In this document: piece after piece, positions 37,325 to 47,658 of the stretch
Position numbering within the stretch: the first letter of the stretch is position 1
Layout: the number at the start of each line of letters is the position of its first letter
NCBI GenBank assembly: GCA_964568655.1
Contig: CAZMRG010000002.1
Span: forward strand, 1-60,396
DNA from: an uncultured Ignavibacteriales bacterium
GTDB taxonomy: Bacteria; Bacteroidota; Ignavibacteria; Tepidaquicellales; OLB5
Length of the DNA: 60,396 nucleotides
Direction: 5' to 3'
Translations under genes and position numbers: made by a program
Notes under the pieces: model-generated
What the model was told of the DNA's origin: nothing
Seen by the model: the letters and a program-made list of their open reading frames with translations, nothing else
The model's database searches: none

Positions 37325-37366
37325 ATTGCGAGTCCCCGATTTGCAAGCAGATCGGGACGCGGCAAT
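37325..37366 (+). repeat. 3'-UTR hairpin element with ATTGCGAG...GACGCGGCAAT arms.
   Basis: ATTGCGAGTCCCCGATTTGCAAGCAGATCGGGACGCGGCAAT begins 10 nt after the acd stop. A further hairpin, CTTGCC...GGCAAG, lies at about 37446-37468. Confidence 0.75.
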
Positions 37367-37389
37367 CTCATTGTCTCATCGAATATATT

Positions 37390-37426
37390 AAAAAAAGCCT
37401 GACATTCTCAAATGCCAGGCTTTTTC
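37390..37426. terminator. Bidirectional intrinsic terminator.
   Basis: GCCTGACAT...ATGCCAGGC flanked by A6 and T5, between convergent genes. Confidence 0.65.
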
Positions 37427-37482
37427 AATTTCTATGAGATTGCTTGCCTCCAAAGGCGGGCAAGCGCTTTGCTAACAATTAA

Positions 37483-38307
37483 TCAAAGACTAAAATAAAA
37501 TCTAAGAGCCAGGTCAACGCTGTTAAAGTTCTTTGACTGACGCGTAGCGAACGGGTCATTGGAAGTTTTTAAAGGAACAAAGTTAAACCTAAGCTCGCCG
37601 CCGAACCCAAACATACCGCCTGAACCGGTGAACCCCGTCATAATTCTGAATACAGGAGCCCATTGACTTGTTGATTCTGTAATATAATTAATTCCATAAT
37701 ATGGAGGTATATGGTCGTAAATATTATTGTATTCTTCTCTAACCCACATCACGCCAGCGCCGCCGCCGACAAAAAAGAGCCTGATAAAACTCTTATCCAT
37801 TTTGTAAAACGGGAAGAATCTTGCGTTTATGGCAAGCGGAAATGCAAGCATACTAACATGATAAGTTGCAGAGAAACTAAACGTATCTCCTAATTGCTGT
37901 ACATATTTTGCCGGAACTAAATTATAAATAACGCTTTTATTATTATTGGTAAATAAAATTGACGGCTCAAATTCTAATGTCACAGCTTTTGCAATAGCAA
38001 ATCCGAAGAACAAATTTATCTCGCTCAAAAAATCACCCGAGCTCTGATTAAAAATCGGATAGAGGTTGTTCATCTGGCTTGAAGTGAAAATAACAAACGA
38101 ATAACCCGCGCCAAAATACATATTGACTGCTTTCCTTTTCTTAACCTGGAAAAGATTAGCGTTATCAGATTTCAAAGAACTTGTAATTTTACTGTCATCT
38201 TTTTCCGTAATACCGCTCTTAAGTTTTAGCTGAGGAAGCTCCTGCGCATTTAAGCTCAACGCGGCGCTAAAACTGATCAGTACTATAACTAGAAAGATTC
38301 TTTTCAT
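37483..38307 (-). CDS. Putative outer-membrane beta-barrel protein.
   Basis: Signal peptide, alternating hydrophobic beta-strand pattern and a C-terminal ...LRFYFSL. Confidence 0.55.
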   Translation of the reverse strand: MKRIFLVIVLISFSAALSLNAQELPQLKLKSGITEKDDSKITSSLKSDNANLFQVKKRKAVNMYFGAGYSFVIFTSSQMNNLYPIFNQSSGDFLSEINLFFGFAIAKAVTLEFEPSILFTNNNKSVIYNLVPAKYVQQLGDTFSFSATYHVSMLAFPLAINARFFPFYKMDKSFIRLFFVGGGAGVMWVREEYNNIYDHIPPYYGINYITESTSQWAPVFRIMTGFTGSGGMFGFGGELRFNFVPLKTSNDPFATRQSKNFNSVDLALRFYFSL

Positions 38308-38382
38308 CTGTATTTTTCTCCTTAGAATTAAACTAGAATTAGACTCTTTAGTATAACTTTTAAGCTAATACAAATATAACAA

Positions 38383-39861
38383 TTACAAAATATATCTGCT
38401 CAAATCCCTGTCTTTTACAATATCTTTTAACATCTTCTGCACAAACTCTTCCGTGATCTTAATTTTCTTTTCCTTTATCTTATCTGGCGCGTCAAAAAGT
38501 ATATCTTCAAGCAGAGTTGTAAGAATTGTATGAAGTCTTCTGGCCCCGATATTTTCGACCTGCTCGTTAACTTCCGCGGCTATCTTTGCAATTTCAAGTA
38601 TACCTTCGTTATCAAATTCAATATCAATTCCTTCCGATTTGAGCAAAGCGGAGTACTGTTTAAGCAAAGCGTTTTGCGGCTGGGTAAGAATTTTCACAAA
38701 ATCGTCTTCGGTCAGGCTATTGAGCTCAACCCTGATGGGGAACCTGCCCTGAAGCTCGGGAATCAAGTCGCTTGGTTTCGCAACATGAAATGCGCCGGAA
38801 GCGATAAACAGAACATGGTCTGTTTTTACCATTCCATATTTAGTTGTAACGTTTGAGCCCTCCACTATCGGAAGCAAATCTCTCTGCACGCCTTCTCTCG
38901 AAACATCGGGCCCCTGCCCTTTTGAACCGCCTCCCGCTATCTTATCAATCTCATCAATGAACACTATTCCGAACTCCTGGACCCTTGTTATCGCTTCTTT
39001 GATTACCGCATCCATATCTATCAGCTTGTTCGCCTCTTCCTGGGTTAAAACTACCCTGGCTTCGGCTACTGTCATTTTCCTTTTCTTCATTTTCTTCGGC
39101 ATTACGTTGCCAAAAAGCTCCTGAAGGTTTATTCCCATATCATCAAGCCCTATGGGACCCATAACCTGCATAATAGGCATTCCATCGCCGGTAATATCCA
39201 CTTCGATGTTTCTGTCGTCCATCTGCCCCTTTTGAAGCATTTCGCGGAAGCGTTCTCTTGTCTTAAAGTTATCCTCTTTTTCAGTTTCTGCCTGCACAGT
39301 ATTAAAGCCAAGCTGCGCCTGCGCAGCGTCTTCATTCTTCCTCTTTACAGGAGGTAAAAGTATATCTAAAATTCTTTCCTCAGCCAGGTACTCTGCCCTT
39401 TTCTGAACTTCTGCGCTTCTCTCGGTCTTTACCATTGTGACACCCAGATCGGTGAGCTCTCTTATAATAGATTCCACATCCCTGCCAACATAACCAACCT
39501 CGGTAAATTTTGACGCTTCAACTTTTACGAACGGAGCATGCGAGAGTTTAGCAAGCCTTCTGGCTATTTCAGTTTTTCCAACTCCGGTGGGCCCTATCAT
39601 TATAATGTTGTTGGGCATGATTTCTTCGCGAAGCTGGTCCTTGATATTTTTTCTTCTCCACCTGTTCCTGAGAGCGATAGCCACAGACTTTTTGGCATTA
39701 TCCTGCCCGATAATATATTTATCCAGTTCCGCAACTATCTGCGAAGGAGTCAGCTCTTTCATCGATTCAAACTTAACTTCTTTTTTTTGTTTCTTTTTGT
39801 TTTCAGTTTTACCGTTTGAGCTTTCAATCTTCTCCGTTGTTTCCATTTTATTCTCTTCCAT
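38383..39861 (-). CDS. hslU: ATP-dependent protease ATPase subunit HslU.
   Basis: [17 protein letters not shown], Walker A GPTGVGKT and the IFIDEIDK motif. A 33-aa Lys/Glu-rich N-terminal extension exists if the ATG at 39861 is used (alternative ATG at 39762). Confidence 0.95.
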   Translation of the reverse strand: MEENKMETTEKIESSNGKTENKKKQKKEVKFESMKELTPSQIVAELDKYIIGQDNAKKSVAIALRNRWRRKNIKDQLREEIMPNNIIMIGPTGVGKTEIARRLAKLSHAPFVKVEASKFTEVGYVGRDVESIIRELTDLGVTMVKTERSAEVQKRAEYLAEERILDILLPPVKRKNEDAAQAQLGFNTVQAETEKEDNFKTRERFREMLQKGQMDDRNIEVDITGDGMPIMQVMGPIGLDDMGINLQELFGNVMPKKMKKRKMTVAEARVVLTQEEANKLIDMDAVIKEAITRVQEFGIVFIDEIDKIAGGGSKGQGPDVSREGVQRDLLPIVEGSNVTTKYGMVKTDHVLFIASGAFHVAKPSDLIPELQGRFPIRVELNSLTEDDFVKILTQPQNALLKQYSALLKSEGIDIEFDNEGILEIAKIAAEVNEQVENIGARRLHTILTTLLEDILFDAPDKIKEKKIKITEEFVQKMLKDIVKDRDLSRYIL

Positions 39862-39862
39862 A

Positions 39863-40399
39863 TTATAACTCCTCGATTGTAATATTATTGTTCGTGTAGA
39901 TGCAGATGTCTGCGGCTACATTGAGCGCCTCGCGCACCACCTCTGAAGCGGAAAGCTTCGTATATTTAACCAGCATTCGCGCTGCAGCTGTTGCATAGCT
40001 GCCTCCCGAACCTATTGCGGTAATACCGTCATCAGGCTCTATAACGTCACCGTTGCCTGAAATTATAAAAGACTTTTCTGTGTCCATAACGGCAAGCAGG
40101 GCTTCAAGGCGCCTCAGATACCTGTCCGTTCGCCACTCTTTGGCAAGCTCGACCGCTGCCCGCGACAGGTTGCCTTTATATTGTTCAAGTTTCGATTCAA
40201 ATTTTTCGAAAAGCGTTAGCGCATCGGCGGTAGAACCCGCAAAACCCGCAATGACTTTATCATTATACAGCTTTCTTACCTTCTTAGTATGATGTTTCAG
40301 GACTGTATTGGCAACCGTAACCTGTCCGTCGCTTCCCATCGCGGCTTTTCCGTCTATTATCAAACCAATAACTGTTGTGCTTAATATTTTGTTTGTCAA
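39863..40399 (-). CDS. hslV: ATP-dependent protease peptidase subunit HslV.
   Basis: 178 aa with a TTV catalytic Thr region near the N-terminus and the GSGG motif. Confidence 0.95.
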   Translation of the reverse strand: MTNKILSTTVIGLIIDGKAAMGSDGQVTVANTVLKHHTKKVRKLYNDKVIAGFAGSTADALTLFEKFESKLEQYKGNLSRAAVELAKEWRTDRYLRRLEALLAVMDTEKSFIISGNGDVIEPDDGITAIGSGGSYATAAARMLVKYTKLSASEVVREALNVAADICIYTNNNITIEEL

Positions 40400-40414
40400 T
40401 TTTACCTTATTAAA

Positions 40415-41863
40415 TTAAACTGTTCTAATTTTTCTTCTTAATGTTGCCTTTGGTATTTTAAGCGCTTCCCTGTATTTAGCAACGGTCCTTCTCGCAATAG
40501 GATACCCCGCCTGGTTTATCATCTCGGTCAGCTTATCATCGCTCAGCGGTTTTAGCTTATTTTCAGAATCAATGAAATCTTTAATTTTGTCTCTGACGAT
40601 CTTGGTCGAAATATCCTCGCCGCTATCTGTATGTATCGAATTGCTGAAGAAATACCTGAGTTCAAAGACGCCAAAATCTGTCTGCACATATTTATTTCTA
40701 ACAGTCCTGCTTACAGTAGAAACATCCATTTCAATATCATAGGCAACTTCTTTTTCAAGCATTGGTTTCAAACCTTCGCCGCCTGAAAGGAAAAACTCTT
40801 TCTGCCTTTCAACTATCGATTTCATTACCCTCAGCATCGTATCCTTGCGCATCATTATGGAACTGATAAAAAATTTCGCCGCGTCAAGCTTGTTCTTAAT
40901 AAACTCCTTTGTTTCCTTAGAAGATTTCTTCGACTTAAGCATTGCAATGTAACCGCGGTTTATCCTAACGGGAGGCAGGCTATCGTCATTAAGCTCGACT
41001 ATAAGCTCACTTCCTGCTTTAGTAACCGTAAAATCCGGATAAATATATTCTCTGCCGGGGCCGTCATCCATCTTTCCAGGGCAGGGATCAAGCTTATGAA
41101 TGATTTCGAAAAGACCGTTGATCTTTTCAAGCTGAACATTCAGATTTTTAGCAAGTCTTTCGTAATGTTTTAGCTTAAAATCATCAAAATTCTCATTAAT
41201 CATCAAAAGGCATAACTTTTTGTCATTTTCATCAATTTTCAGCTCTCCTAATTGAACCGTCAAACACTCCTGTAAGTTTCTGGCTGCTATACCAATTGGG
41301 TCGAATTTCTGAATTATTTTCAGGACATTTTCGATATCTTCAATACTAACTTCAATTCCGCTTTGGCGCGAGATATCATCCCTCAGGTCTTCAAGTGAGT
41401 CCCGCAAATAGCCCTCATCATCAAGGCTGCCGATTATCTCTTCGCCAATTATTATGGATTTTTCATCAAGATCAGAAGCATGAAGCTGTTCAAGCGGAGT
41501 TTCTTTATGCCGTTCGCGTTTGTTGATAAGGTAGTCTGTCTTAGCTTCAAAATCAAGGTTGCTCTGTTTGTCATATTCTTCCGGAGATTTATACCCTTCG
41601 GCATCAATATCATTATAATCGTACCACTCATCAATGTCGTATGTTTCCTCCTCTTTTTCAGGAGTTTCATCGGTTACTATCTCTTCAACTTCTTTAACAG
41701 GCTCGGGTTCCAGGATATCTTCTTCCAAAACCGGATTATCTTCAAGCTGTTCCTTAATTTCCTGCTCAAGCGCTAAGGTTGGCAGAGCCAGAAGGAGCTG
41801 CGCCTGGATAATATTTGGTGAGAGCTTTTGGTGTAAACCTATTATTTGTGAATTTCTTAACAT
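40415..41863 (-). CDS. rpoN: RNA polymerase sigma-54 factor.
   Basis: N-terminal Q/L-rich region, an acidic linker, and the C-terminal RpoN box ARRTVAKYRE. Confidence 0.93.
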   Translation of the reverse strand: MLRNSQIIGLHQKLSPNIIQAQLLLALPTLALEQEIKEQLEDNPVLEEDILEPEPVKEVEEIVTDETPEKEEETYDIDEWYDYNDIDAEGYKSPEEYDKQSNLDFEAKTDYLINKRERHKETPLEQLHASDLDEKSIIIGEEIIGSLDDEGYLRDSLEDLRDDISRQSGIEVSIEDIENVLKIIQKFDPIGIAARNLQECLTVQLGELKIDENDKKLCLLMINENFDDFKLKHYERLAKNLNVQLEKINGLFEIIHKLDPCPGKMDDGPGREYIYPDFTVTKAGSELIVELNDDSLPPVRINRGYIAMLKSKKSSKETKEFIKNKLDAAKFFISSIMMRKDTMLRVMKSIVERQKEFFLSGGEGLKPMLEKEVAYDIEMDVSTVSRTVRNKYVQTDFGVFELRYFFSNSIHTDSGEDISTKIVRDKIKDFIDSENKLKPLSDDKLTEMINQAGYPIARRTVAKYREALKIPKATLRRKIRTV

Positions 41864-41865
41864 TT

Positions 41866-43023
41866 CTATTTAACTATCGAAAATCTTTTTCCGGGTAACT
41901 GATTTATAACTCCTTTGAACTCAAGATTAAGTAAAGTTACAAGACAATCTGATATATTCAATACTGTTAACTCTGATATAGCGTCAATATGAACAGGTTC
42001 TGAGCCTGCTGATATTATGTCATAAACCGCCTTTTCATTTCCGCTAAGCTCAGGCGCCTGAATGGTTTTGACTGAATCATACCTTGAACCGCCGCGCCCT
42101 CCGCTGAATAAATTTGAGCAAATCTCATTTAACACATCATCAATATTTTCGACCAGCTTTGCCTGGCCTGTTTTTATCAGGTAGTTCGTCCCTTCGCTGC
42201 TCTTAGAAGTAACATACCCCGGCACCGAAAACACTTCCCTTCCCTGGTCCAGCGCGCACCTTGCTGTTATCAAAGCGCCGCCATCTTTACCGCTTTCAAT
42301 TATTATAACGCCTTTCGAGAGTCCGCTTATTATCCTGTTGCGTTTCGGAAAATTAACAGCATCAGGAATGGCGCCAATTTCATATTCTGACATCATTACG
42401 CCGCCTGAGAGCATCTCTTCATACAGCTTTTTATTTTCAGGAGGATAGATTACATCCACCCCGCATCCAAACACCGCAGCCGTAATCGATTTACTTCTGA
42501 CATTGGATATTACTGTTTTATGCGCATGTGTATCAACGCCTCTTGCAAATCCGCTTACAACATTCAAGCCTGCCGAGGACAATTCCCTGGCAAATAATTC
42601 CGACATCCTTTTTCCGTAATCGCTGGGCTTGCGTGTGCCTACAATACCAACTGATTCTCTATTCAATTTTCCGAAATTATCCGCAGCTCCATCGCACCTG
42701 TAATATAAAATAATAGGCGGATCATATATCTCTTTCAGAATTGCAGGATATCTATCATCGCACATTGTAACAGCTTCAATACACAGCTTATCAGCCTTGG
42801 CATTCATCAAATCATATTTCACTTCATACTCATCAAATGCCGATTCGGTTCTTAAAATAGCTTCTGCAGCTTTCTTACCGAATCCGTCAATGCCTGCAAT
42901 CTGGCTCACGCTTGCGCCAAAAACATCCTCGGCGCTTCCGAATACTTCCAGTAATTTTTTAATTCTTACCGACCCAAGCCTTTCGACTTTGGTCAGGTAA
43001 TACAAATACCTGAAATCCCGCAT
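41866..43023 (-). CDS. dprA: DNA-processing protein DprA.
   Basis: Rossmann-like core (GIVGTRKPS..YG, SGFARGVD) with a C-terminal winged-helix-like extension. Confidence 0.9.
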   Translation of the reverse strand: MRDFRYLYYLTKVERLGSVRIKKLLEVFGSAEDVFGASVSQIAGIDGFGKKAAEAILRTESAFDEYEVKYDLMNAKADKLCIEAVTMCDDRYPAILKEIYDPPIILYYRCDGAADNFGKLNRESVGIVGTRKPSDYGKRMSELFARELSSAGLNVVSGFARGVDTHAHKTVISNVRSKSITAAVFGCGVDVIYPPENKKLYEEMLSGGVMMSEYEIGAIPDAVNFPKRNRIISGLSKGVIIIESGKDGGALITARCALDQGREVFSVPGYVTSKSSEGTNYLIKTGQAKLVENIDDVLNEICSNLFSGGRGGSRYDSVKTIQAPELSGNEKAVYDIISAGSEPVHIDAISELTVLNISDCLVTLLNLEFKGVINQLPGKRFSIVK

Positions 43024-43038
43024 ATTAACAACACCGGG

Positions 43039-44124
43039 CTATCTTTTCATCTTGGGATCAAACGCATCCCTAAGCCCGTCTCCGATTAAATTAACAGCAA
43101 ATACGGTTAACATGATTGCGACCGACGGATAAATAGCCAGTCCCCAATTAGTGCCCGCTACAATATACTTATATCCGTCAAACACCATTTGCCCCCAGCT
43201 TGCGGTGGGAGGCTGAACGCCAAGCCCCAAAAAGCTTAAACTAGCCTCAAAAATGATGGCCGTTGCAAGTCCCGCTGTACTTGTGACGATTATAGGGCCT
43301 ATTGTGTTTGGTAAAATATGTTTAAAAATTATTTTTGTCGGCTTGTAACCCAAAGCTCTTGTAGCCTCGACATATTCAGTTTCTCTTAGCGAAAAGAACT
43401 GACCCCTCACTATCCTTGCGATATCAACCCAGCCTGTTAATCCTATTGCCACAAATGACTGCCAAAAACCTTTGCCAAGCACAACCGATAAAGCGATTAT
43501 AAATAATATAGAAGGGAAAGCCCACACAACATTAATAAGCCACATTATAACAGCGTCGCTTTTTCCTCTGAAATATCCCGCCAGCGCTCCTAATATCACG
43601 CCAATGAAAATTGAAATGCTCTCTGAAATTATTCCAACCGATAAACTAACCCTGCTTCCGTAAATCAGCCTGCTCATTATATCACGCCCGTAGCGGTCGG
43701 TCCCTAAATAATACTTTGGCTGTTTGTGCCAGTCTGATTCATCTTTACCATCAAGTTCAGCTTTTGATATGGATTTATTTGCAGCAGTGTAATCCAAGTA
43801 AAAAACCGAATCTGCTGTGACTCTTGTCACTTTTTGTATCGGCACAAAATCGACTCCGTTCATCGACTTCCTTACGAGCACGTTGCCTTCAAATCCTGCA
43901 GGGCGTGTTGCGTATTCAAGAGTCTGGTTTACAGGGTCGTATGGCGAAATCAATCCGGCGGTAACGGCAATGAGTATAAGAAAACATATCAGTATCATAC
44001 CCGCCATAGCCAGCTTATTGCGTTTAAATCTTATCCAGGAATAATACCAGAGACTCTTTGATGCCCGTTGTTTTTCAGCCTCGCTGTACTGGTCCTTATA
44101 GTCAAAAAACTGATTTTCAGCCAT
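43039..44124 (-). CDS. ABC transporter permease of the oligopeptide/dipeptide (OppC/DppC) type.
   Basis: N-terminal OppC-like segment, GTDRYGRD, and the EAA-loop region ETEYVEATRALG. No partner ABC genes lie in the window. Confidence 0.88.
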   Translation of the reverse strand: MAENQFFDYKDQYSEAEKQRASKSLWYYSWIRFKRNKLAMAGMILICFLILIAVTAGLISPYDPVNQTLEYATRPAGFEGNVLVRKSMNGVDFVPIQKVTRVTADSVFYLDYTAANKSISKAELDGKDESDWHKQPKYYLGTDRYGRDIMSRLIYGSRVSLSVGIISESISIFIGVILGALAGYFRGKSDAVIMWLINVVWAFPSILFIIALSVVLGKGFWQSFVAIGLTGWVDIARIVRGQFFSLRETEYVEATRALGYKPTKIIFKHILPNTIGPIIVTSTAGLATAIIFEASLSFLGLGVQPPTASWGQMVFDGYKYIVAGTNWGLAIYPSVAIMLTVFAVNLIGDGLRDAFDPKMKR

Positions 44125-44212
44125 AATTTTGCTAAATATACCTATTTAAAACTAGAGATTCAAAACAATAGAGGGGGGTATGAGTAACTGTAATATCAGA
44201 ATTTGTGTTTTA

Positions 44213-44247
44213 TAAAAAAGAAAAAGCCGTCATGTTTTCATGACAGC
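44213..44247 (-). terminator. Intrinsic terminator.
   Basis: GCCGTCATG-TTTT-CATGACAGC followed on the minus strand by a T-run. Confidence 0.65.
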
Positions 44248-44283
44248 TTTTCCGAGCGAGGAGGATAAAATAATAGATATGCG

Positions 44284-46137
44284 TTACTTCACGAGTATCA
44301 TTTTTTTGACGTCAACGTAATCGTTAGTCACCAGTCTGTAAAAATAGAGTCCACTTGAAAATTTGTCTGCCCGCCAATCCACTTTATATGTTCCGGGTTT
44401 CATTTGCTGGTCAACCAGCGTTTCAACTACCCTGCCAAGAACGTCATATATGCTGATATTGACTCTTGATTCTTTGGGAACATCGAACCTTATGTTCGTT
44501 GTAGGATTAAACGGATTTGGATAATTCTGCATCAACTTATATGTTGTGGGTATATATAAACTTTGATTTGTAATGCCAATGGGTGAAATATTTGTAAGAT
44601 AGAAATTTATTGTATCAAGATTTACTGTGCCTAATGTCACATCCCTCAAAGCTCTCCTGTATCCCATCCTGTCGCAAACCATCTCATAGTTACCCGGGGG
44701 TAGGTCCCTGACCGAGTAAGCCCCGCCCGGAACAGATGTTCCAATGTTGTAATAGTTGTTACCAATTCTTGCATAAACTCTTGCATCCGCAAGCCCCGCG
44801 CCGCCAACTGAAGCAAAAACTCCGCCGCCGACTATTCCGGAGCCGCCCGGATTAACAGTTTTGTTAACAGTGAAATTAACTCCCGTCATACTCCCGGTTG
44901 GGAAGAGTGTTACTGAATTTGCCCAATTAATTGTGTTGCCGTAAAATCCGAAAACAAAATCAGCTACTTCATCATCCTGATATGCGGCAATATCCGTACT
45001 GTCATTTCCCGGAATATGTATAAATCTGTAATAACCGTTAGTGATTGTTGTTGAGTCTACTCTTGTTATCAGTCCGGTTTGATAGTTATAATTTAAGGCA
45101 ACAACTTTACCGCTCGGGACTAATGTAGACGTTCCTGTATATGTTACATAACCTTCTAAAGTATATGGCGCGCCTTCTGTGCCTCCATTCAAAGTCTTTT
45201 GCACGTCGCCATGCATTCCGGCTGTATATCCAATATCTGGCCTTACAAAATAAACTGACTTCAGATCATTTGTTGTATTTGAATATTCTGAGTTCCATAA
45301 AATACTGCCATCCAGAGTTTTCAGAACCATTCCGTCATCGCCAACGGCGTATCCTGTATTGGAATTAATAAAATAAACGCAGTTCAAATCAACGTTTGTA
45401 ATTCCCTGCTGAACCCACGTGTTTCCGCCATCGATAGTTTTAAAAATAACTCCTGTTGATTGCGTAACGTCGCCTCCAACCATATAACCGGTTGTGGGAT
45501 TCGGGAAGCTGATGCTCCTGAACTCGACATTCTGCATTTGAACATTTATCTGGGTCCAGTTAAAACCGCCGTTTGTGGTTTTAAACACGATGCCCTGATA
45601 AGGCGGCAGCATTGTTCCTCCGCCAATAAAACCTGTATAAGCATTCAGGAAGAAAACAGTCTTTAAATTATAGTAAGCATAGGTAAGACTCTGACTTTCA
45701 AATGTTAATCCTCCGTCGGTTGTCTTTGTTATTGAGCTGTATTCGCCAACTCCGTAGCCTGTATTCGCGTCGGCAAAACTAATATCATTTACAAATGAAG
45801 CATGCAGATCGCCCCATGTTGTTCCGCCGTTAATTGTTTTATATATAGTGCCGTTTGCCACATACCCAGTATTGGCGTCAACAAACTTAACAGAAGTGCC
45901 GCCGGATATTTGAGGAATAACATACCAGTTAAAGCCGCCGTTGGTTGTCTTTATGCCTAAACCATCTCCGACCATGTAGCCTGTAAATTCGTTGAGGAAA
46001 GAAACAGAATTTAAGTTGTTAACGGTCCCGGAGTTCAGCTGATACCATCCTGATTGCGATTGCGCTTTATTATAAAAAATTATCATCATCAGACAAACTG
46101 ATGTAATGCAGATAATTTTTTTATTTAAGCCATTCAT
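44284..46137 (-). CDS. Secreted BNR/Ycf48-like repeat protein with a carboxypeptidase-regulatory-like domain and a T9SS C-terminal sorting domain.
   Basis: Repeated T.(N/D)GG..W boxes, then a beta-sandwich-like segment, then QNYPNPFNPTT...LYFYRL...KKMILVK. Confidence 0.8.
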   Translation of the reverse strand: MNGLNKKIICITSVCLMMIIFYNKAQSQSGWYQLNSGTVNNLNSVSFLNEFTGYMVGDGLGIKTTNGGFNWYVIPQISGGTSVKFVDANTGYVANGTIYKTINGGTTWGDLHASFVNDISFADANTGYGVGEYSSITKTTDGGLTFESQSLTYAYYNLKTVFFLNAYTGFIGGGTMLPPYQGIVFKTTNGGFNWTQINVQMQNVEFRSISFPNPTTGYMVGGDVTQSTGVIFKTIDGGNTWVQQGITNVDLNCVYFINSNTGYAVGDDGMVLKTLDGSILWNSEYSNTTNDLKSVYFVRPDIGYTAGMHGDVQKTLNGGTEGAPYTLEGYVTYTGTSTLVPSGKVVALNYNYQTGLITRVDSTTITNGYYRFIHIPGNDSTDIAAYQDDEVADFVFGFYGNTINWANSVTLFPTGSMTGVNFTVNKTVNPGGSGIVGGGVFASVGGAGLADARVYARIGNNYYNIGTSVPGGAYSVRDLPPGNYEMVCDRMGYRRALRDVTLGTVNLDTINFYLTNISPIGITNQSLYIPTTYKLMQNYPNPFNPTTNIRFDVPKESRVNISIYDVLGRVVETLVDQQMKPGTYKVDWRADKFSSGLYFYRLVTNDYVDVKKMILVK

Positions 46138-46237
46138 ATTAATGCCTCAAAAAATTGAGTAAATAAGTTTGATTTCGAATCGGTGAATATCCATATAGTA
46201 CAACACCCACTTCACCAGTTGCTAATTTAATATATTT

Positions 46238-46318
46238 TTATACAATTAGCAGTAAAATTATTATTAGCGCAATAGCTGCAACCTGTAAAATTAAATTTGT
46301 TCTTATGCTGCTATTCAT
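46238..46318 (-). CDS. Candidate 26-aa hydrophobic mini-ORF.
   Basis: MNSSIRTNLILQVAAIALIIILLLIV. There is no obvious RBS, so this is speculative. Confidence 0.15.
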   Translation of the reverse strand: MNSSIRTNLILQVAAIALIIILLLIV

Positions 46319-46377
46319 AAAAATAGTGATTTTTGTTGAAAATCAGCCCAAAGGCCCCGGTTTCAGGATCTTCACCT

Positions 46378-46458
46378 TTAAATAATCAGCAATAATAGCA
46401 AAAAAACAAAGATTAATCCAATAATCCCCTGAACAGATATTTTTATTTTAAAATCCAT
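46378..46458 (-). CDS. Candidate 26-aa hydrophobic mini-ORF.
   Basis: MDFKIKISVQGIIGLIFVFLLLLLII. Same length and layout as its neighbour, with no obvious RBS. Confidence 0.15.
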   Translation of the reverse strand: MDFKIKISVQGIIGLIFVFLLLLLII

Positions 46459-46475
46459 GGCATTTATTGAGTTAA

Positions 46476-47339
46476 TTAAATTCTATTCCTTTTCTTAAAT
46501 TCATCGATAGTAATAGCCTGGTTCCAGTAAAAATTGAATAAATCCTTCATATGCTGGGCAAACTCCGGGTTCTTAATTATAATGTCCGCCTGTTTGTACT
46601 TCGGCACGTTCTTTTCCCCGGTCATGTTGATAAAAATATTTTCCATATCAAAAACTGTGATGTTCGGAATCTTCACTTCCGACAGCCTTACATCTTCGCC
46701 GTTCTTACGGAATGTTTCGCACACTTTTATTAATTCCGCAGCTGAGCCTGCCTCGGGTTTACCGCCTTTGATTATTTTGAAATCAGGGCTCACCTGGTAA
46801 ATTGTTTTCACAACCCCGCCGCCCTTAACTATCCTTATCGCGTCTTCGTTCAAATCGTCTGATACCAGCCATTTAAGCCTGTACATACCAAGCACTTCGG
46901 TCTTGCTGTTCTTCAATAAGTCGGCGTATTTAGCCACTCTGTGAGCGTTTATTCCGCGGATAAGCTGAATGCCGATATCAGCGCCTTCATTTTTTTCGGT
47001 CTTGGCGTTGTATATCTCTTTAAGCTCAGAAAAAGTATCTTTAAGGCTTTCAAGCTTATTATGATAACCATCAGTATATTCGCGCATGATCTTATCCATC
47101 ACAATTTCAGGATCGATTATCTGGTAATTCAGAATTGTGTTGGTTTCGATCTCGTTGCAGAATCCTTTTTGAACGAACGATTTTAGAATATCGTAGATTG
47201 AATTGCGGATAATCTTGGCTTCTTTGGCAATTTCTGAAGCGCTCATAGGAATGCCCTTAAGTAATACTATGAATACTTTGGATTCATATTCTTTGAATCC
47301 AACCGATTTGAGCTTTTCTATGAGATTCTGTGTTGTCAA
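46476..47339 (-). CDS. TrmB-family transcriptional regulator.
   Basis: N-terminal winged HTH (LKSVGFKEYESKVFIVLLKGIPMSASEIAKEAKIIRNSIYDIL) plus a TrmB-like C-terminal domain. Confidence 0.8.
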   Translation of the reverse strand: MTTQNLIEKLKSVGFKEYESKVFIVLLKGIPMSASEIAKEAKIIRNSIYDILKSFVQKGFCNEIETNTILNYQIIDPEIVMDKIMREYTDGYHNKLESLKDTFSELKEIYNAKTEKNEGADIGIQLIRGINAHRVAKYADLLKNSKTEVLGMYRLKWLVSDDLNEDAIRIVKGGGVVKTIYQVSPDFKIIKGGKPEAGSAAELIKVCETFRKNGEDVRLSEVKIPNITVFDMENIFINMTGEKNVPKYKQADIIIKNPEFAQHMKDLFNFYWNQAITIDEFKKRNRI

Positions 47340-47499
47340 TATTGCAGTAGCTTTAAACTACAGCAATATAATATATTGTTTTTCCTATGTCAAGTCCCAA
47401 TATGTCACTTAATTAGCTATCTTAACTTAGCGACTTAACTGCTGAAACACGCTTTTATAAATAAATTTGACGAAAAAAAGGTTTCGGGGCATAATATTT

Positions 47500-47536
47500 C
47501 AGAAACATAAAAGGCAGGTTTTTAAGCCTGCCTTTG
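47500..47536 (-). terminator. Intrinsic terminator closing the 3' unit of cargo gene A.
   Basis: AGGCAGG-loop-CCTGCCT followed on the minus strand by TTTTATGTTT. Confidence 0.65.
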
Positions 47537-47586
47537 TGGTGTTTAGGGAGATATAATGAAAAGAACAATTTATCAGAGGAGCTGTA

Positions 47587-47658
47587 CGCCGCCTGTTTTC
47601 TTTGTATAACCCTCATCCCTAGCCCTGAAAGGAAGTAGTTACAACAGGCAGCGCAGGC
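47587..47658 (-). ncRNA. Conserved structured 3' element, copy A (candidate cis-RNA or small RNA).
   Basis: About 72 nt, roughly 90 percent identical to 51762-51833, while the flanks do not align. The closing stem GCUGCCUG/CAGGCGGC has a G-U pair only in the minus-strand reading. Confidence 0.35.

Noticed and set aside
47587-47658. The possibility that the conserved 72-nt block encodes a peptide. In copy A an ATG opens a ~60-codon minus-strand frame.
   Set aside because: Copy B has no ATG at the corresponding place, and the frame is not conserved. The conservation fits RNA helices better.
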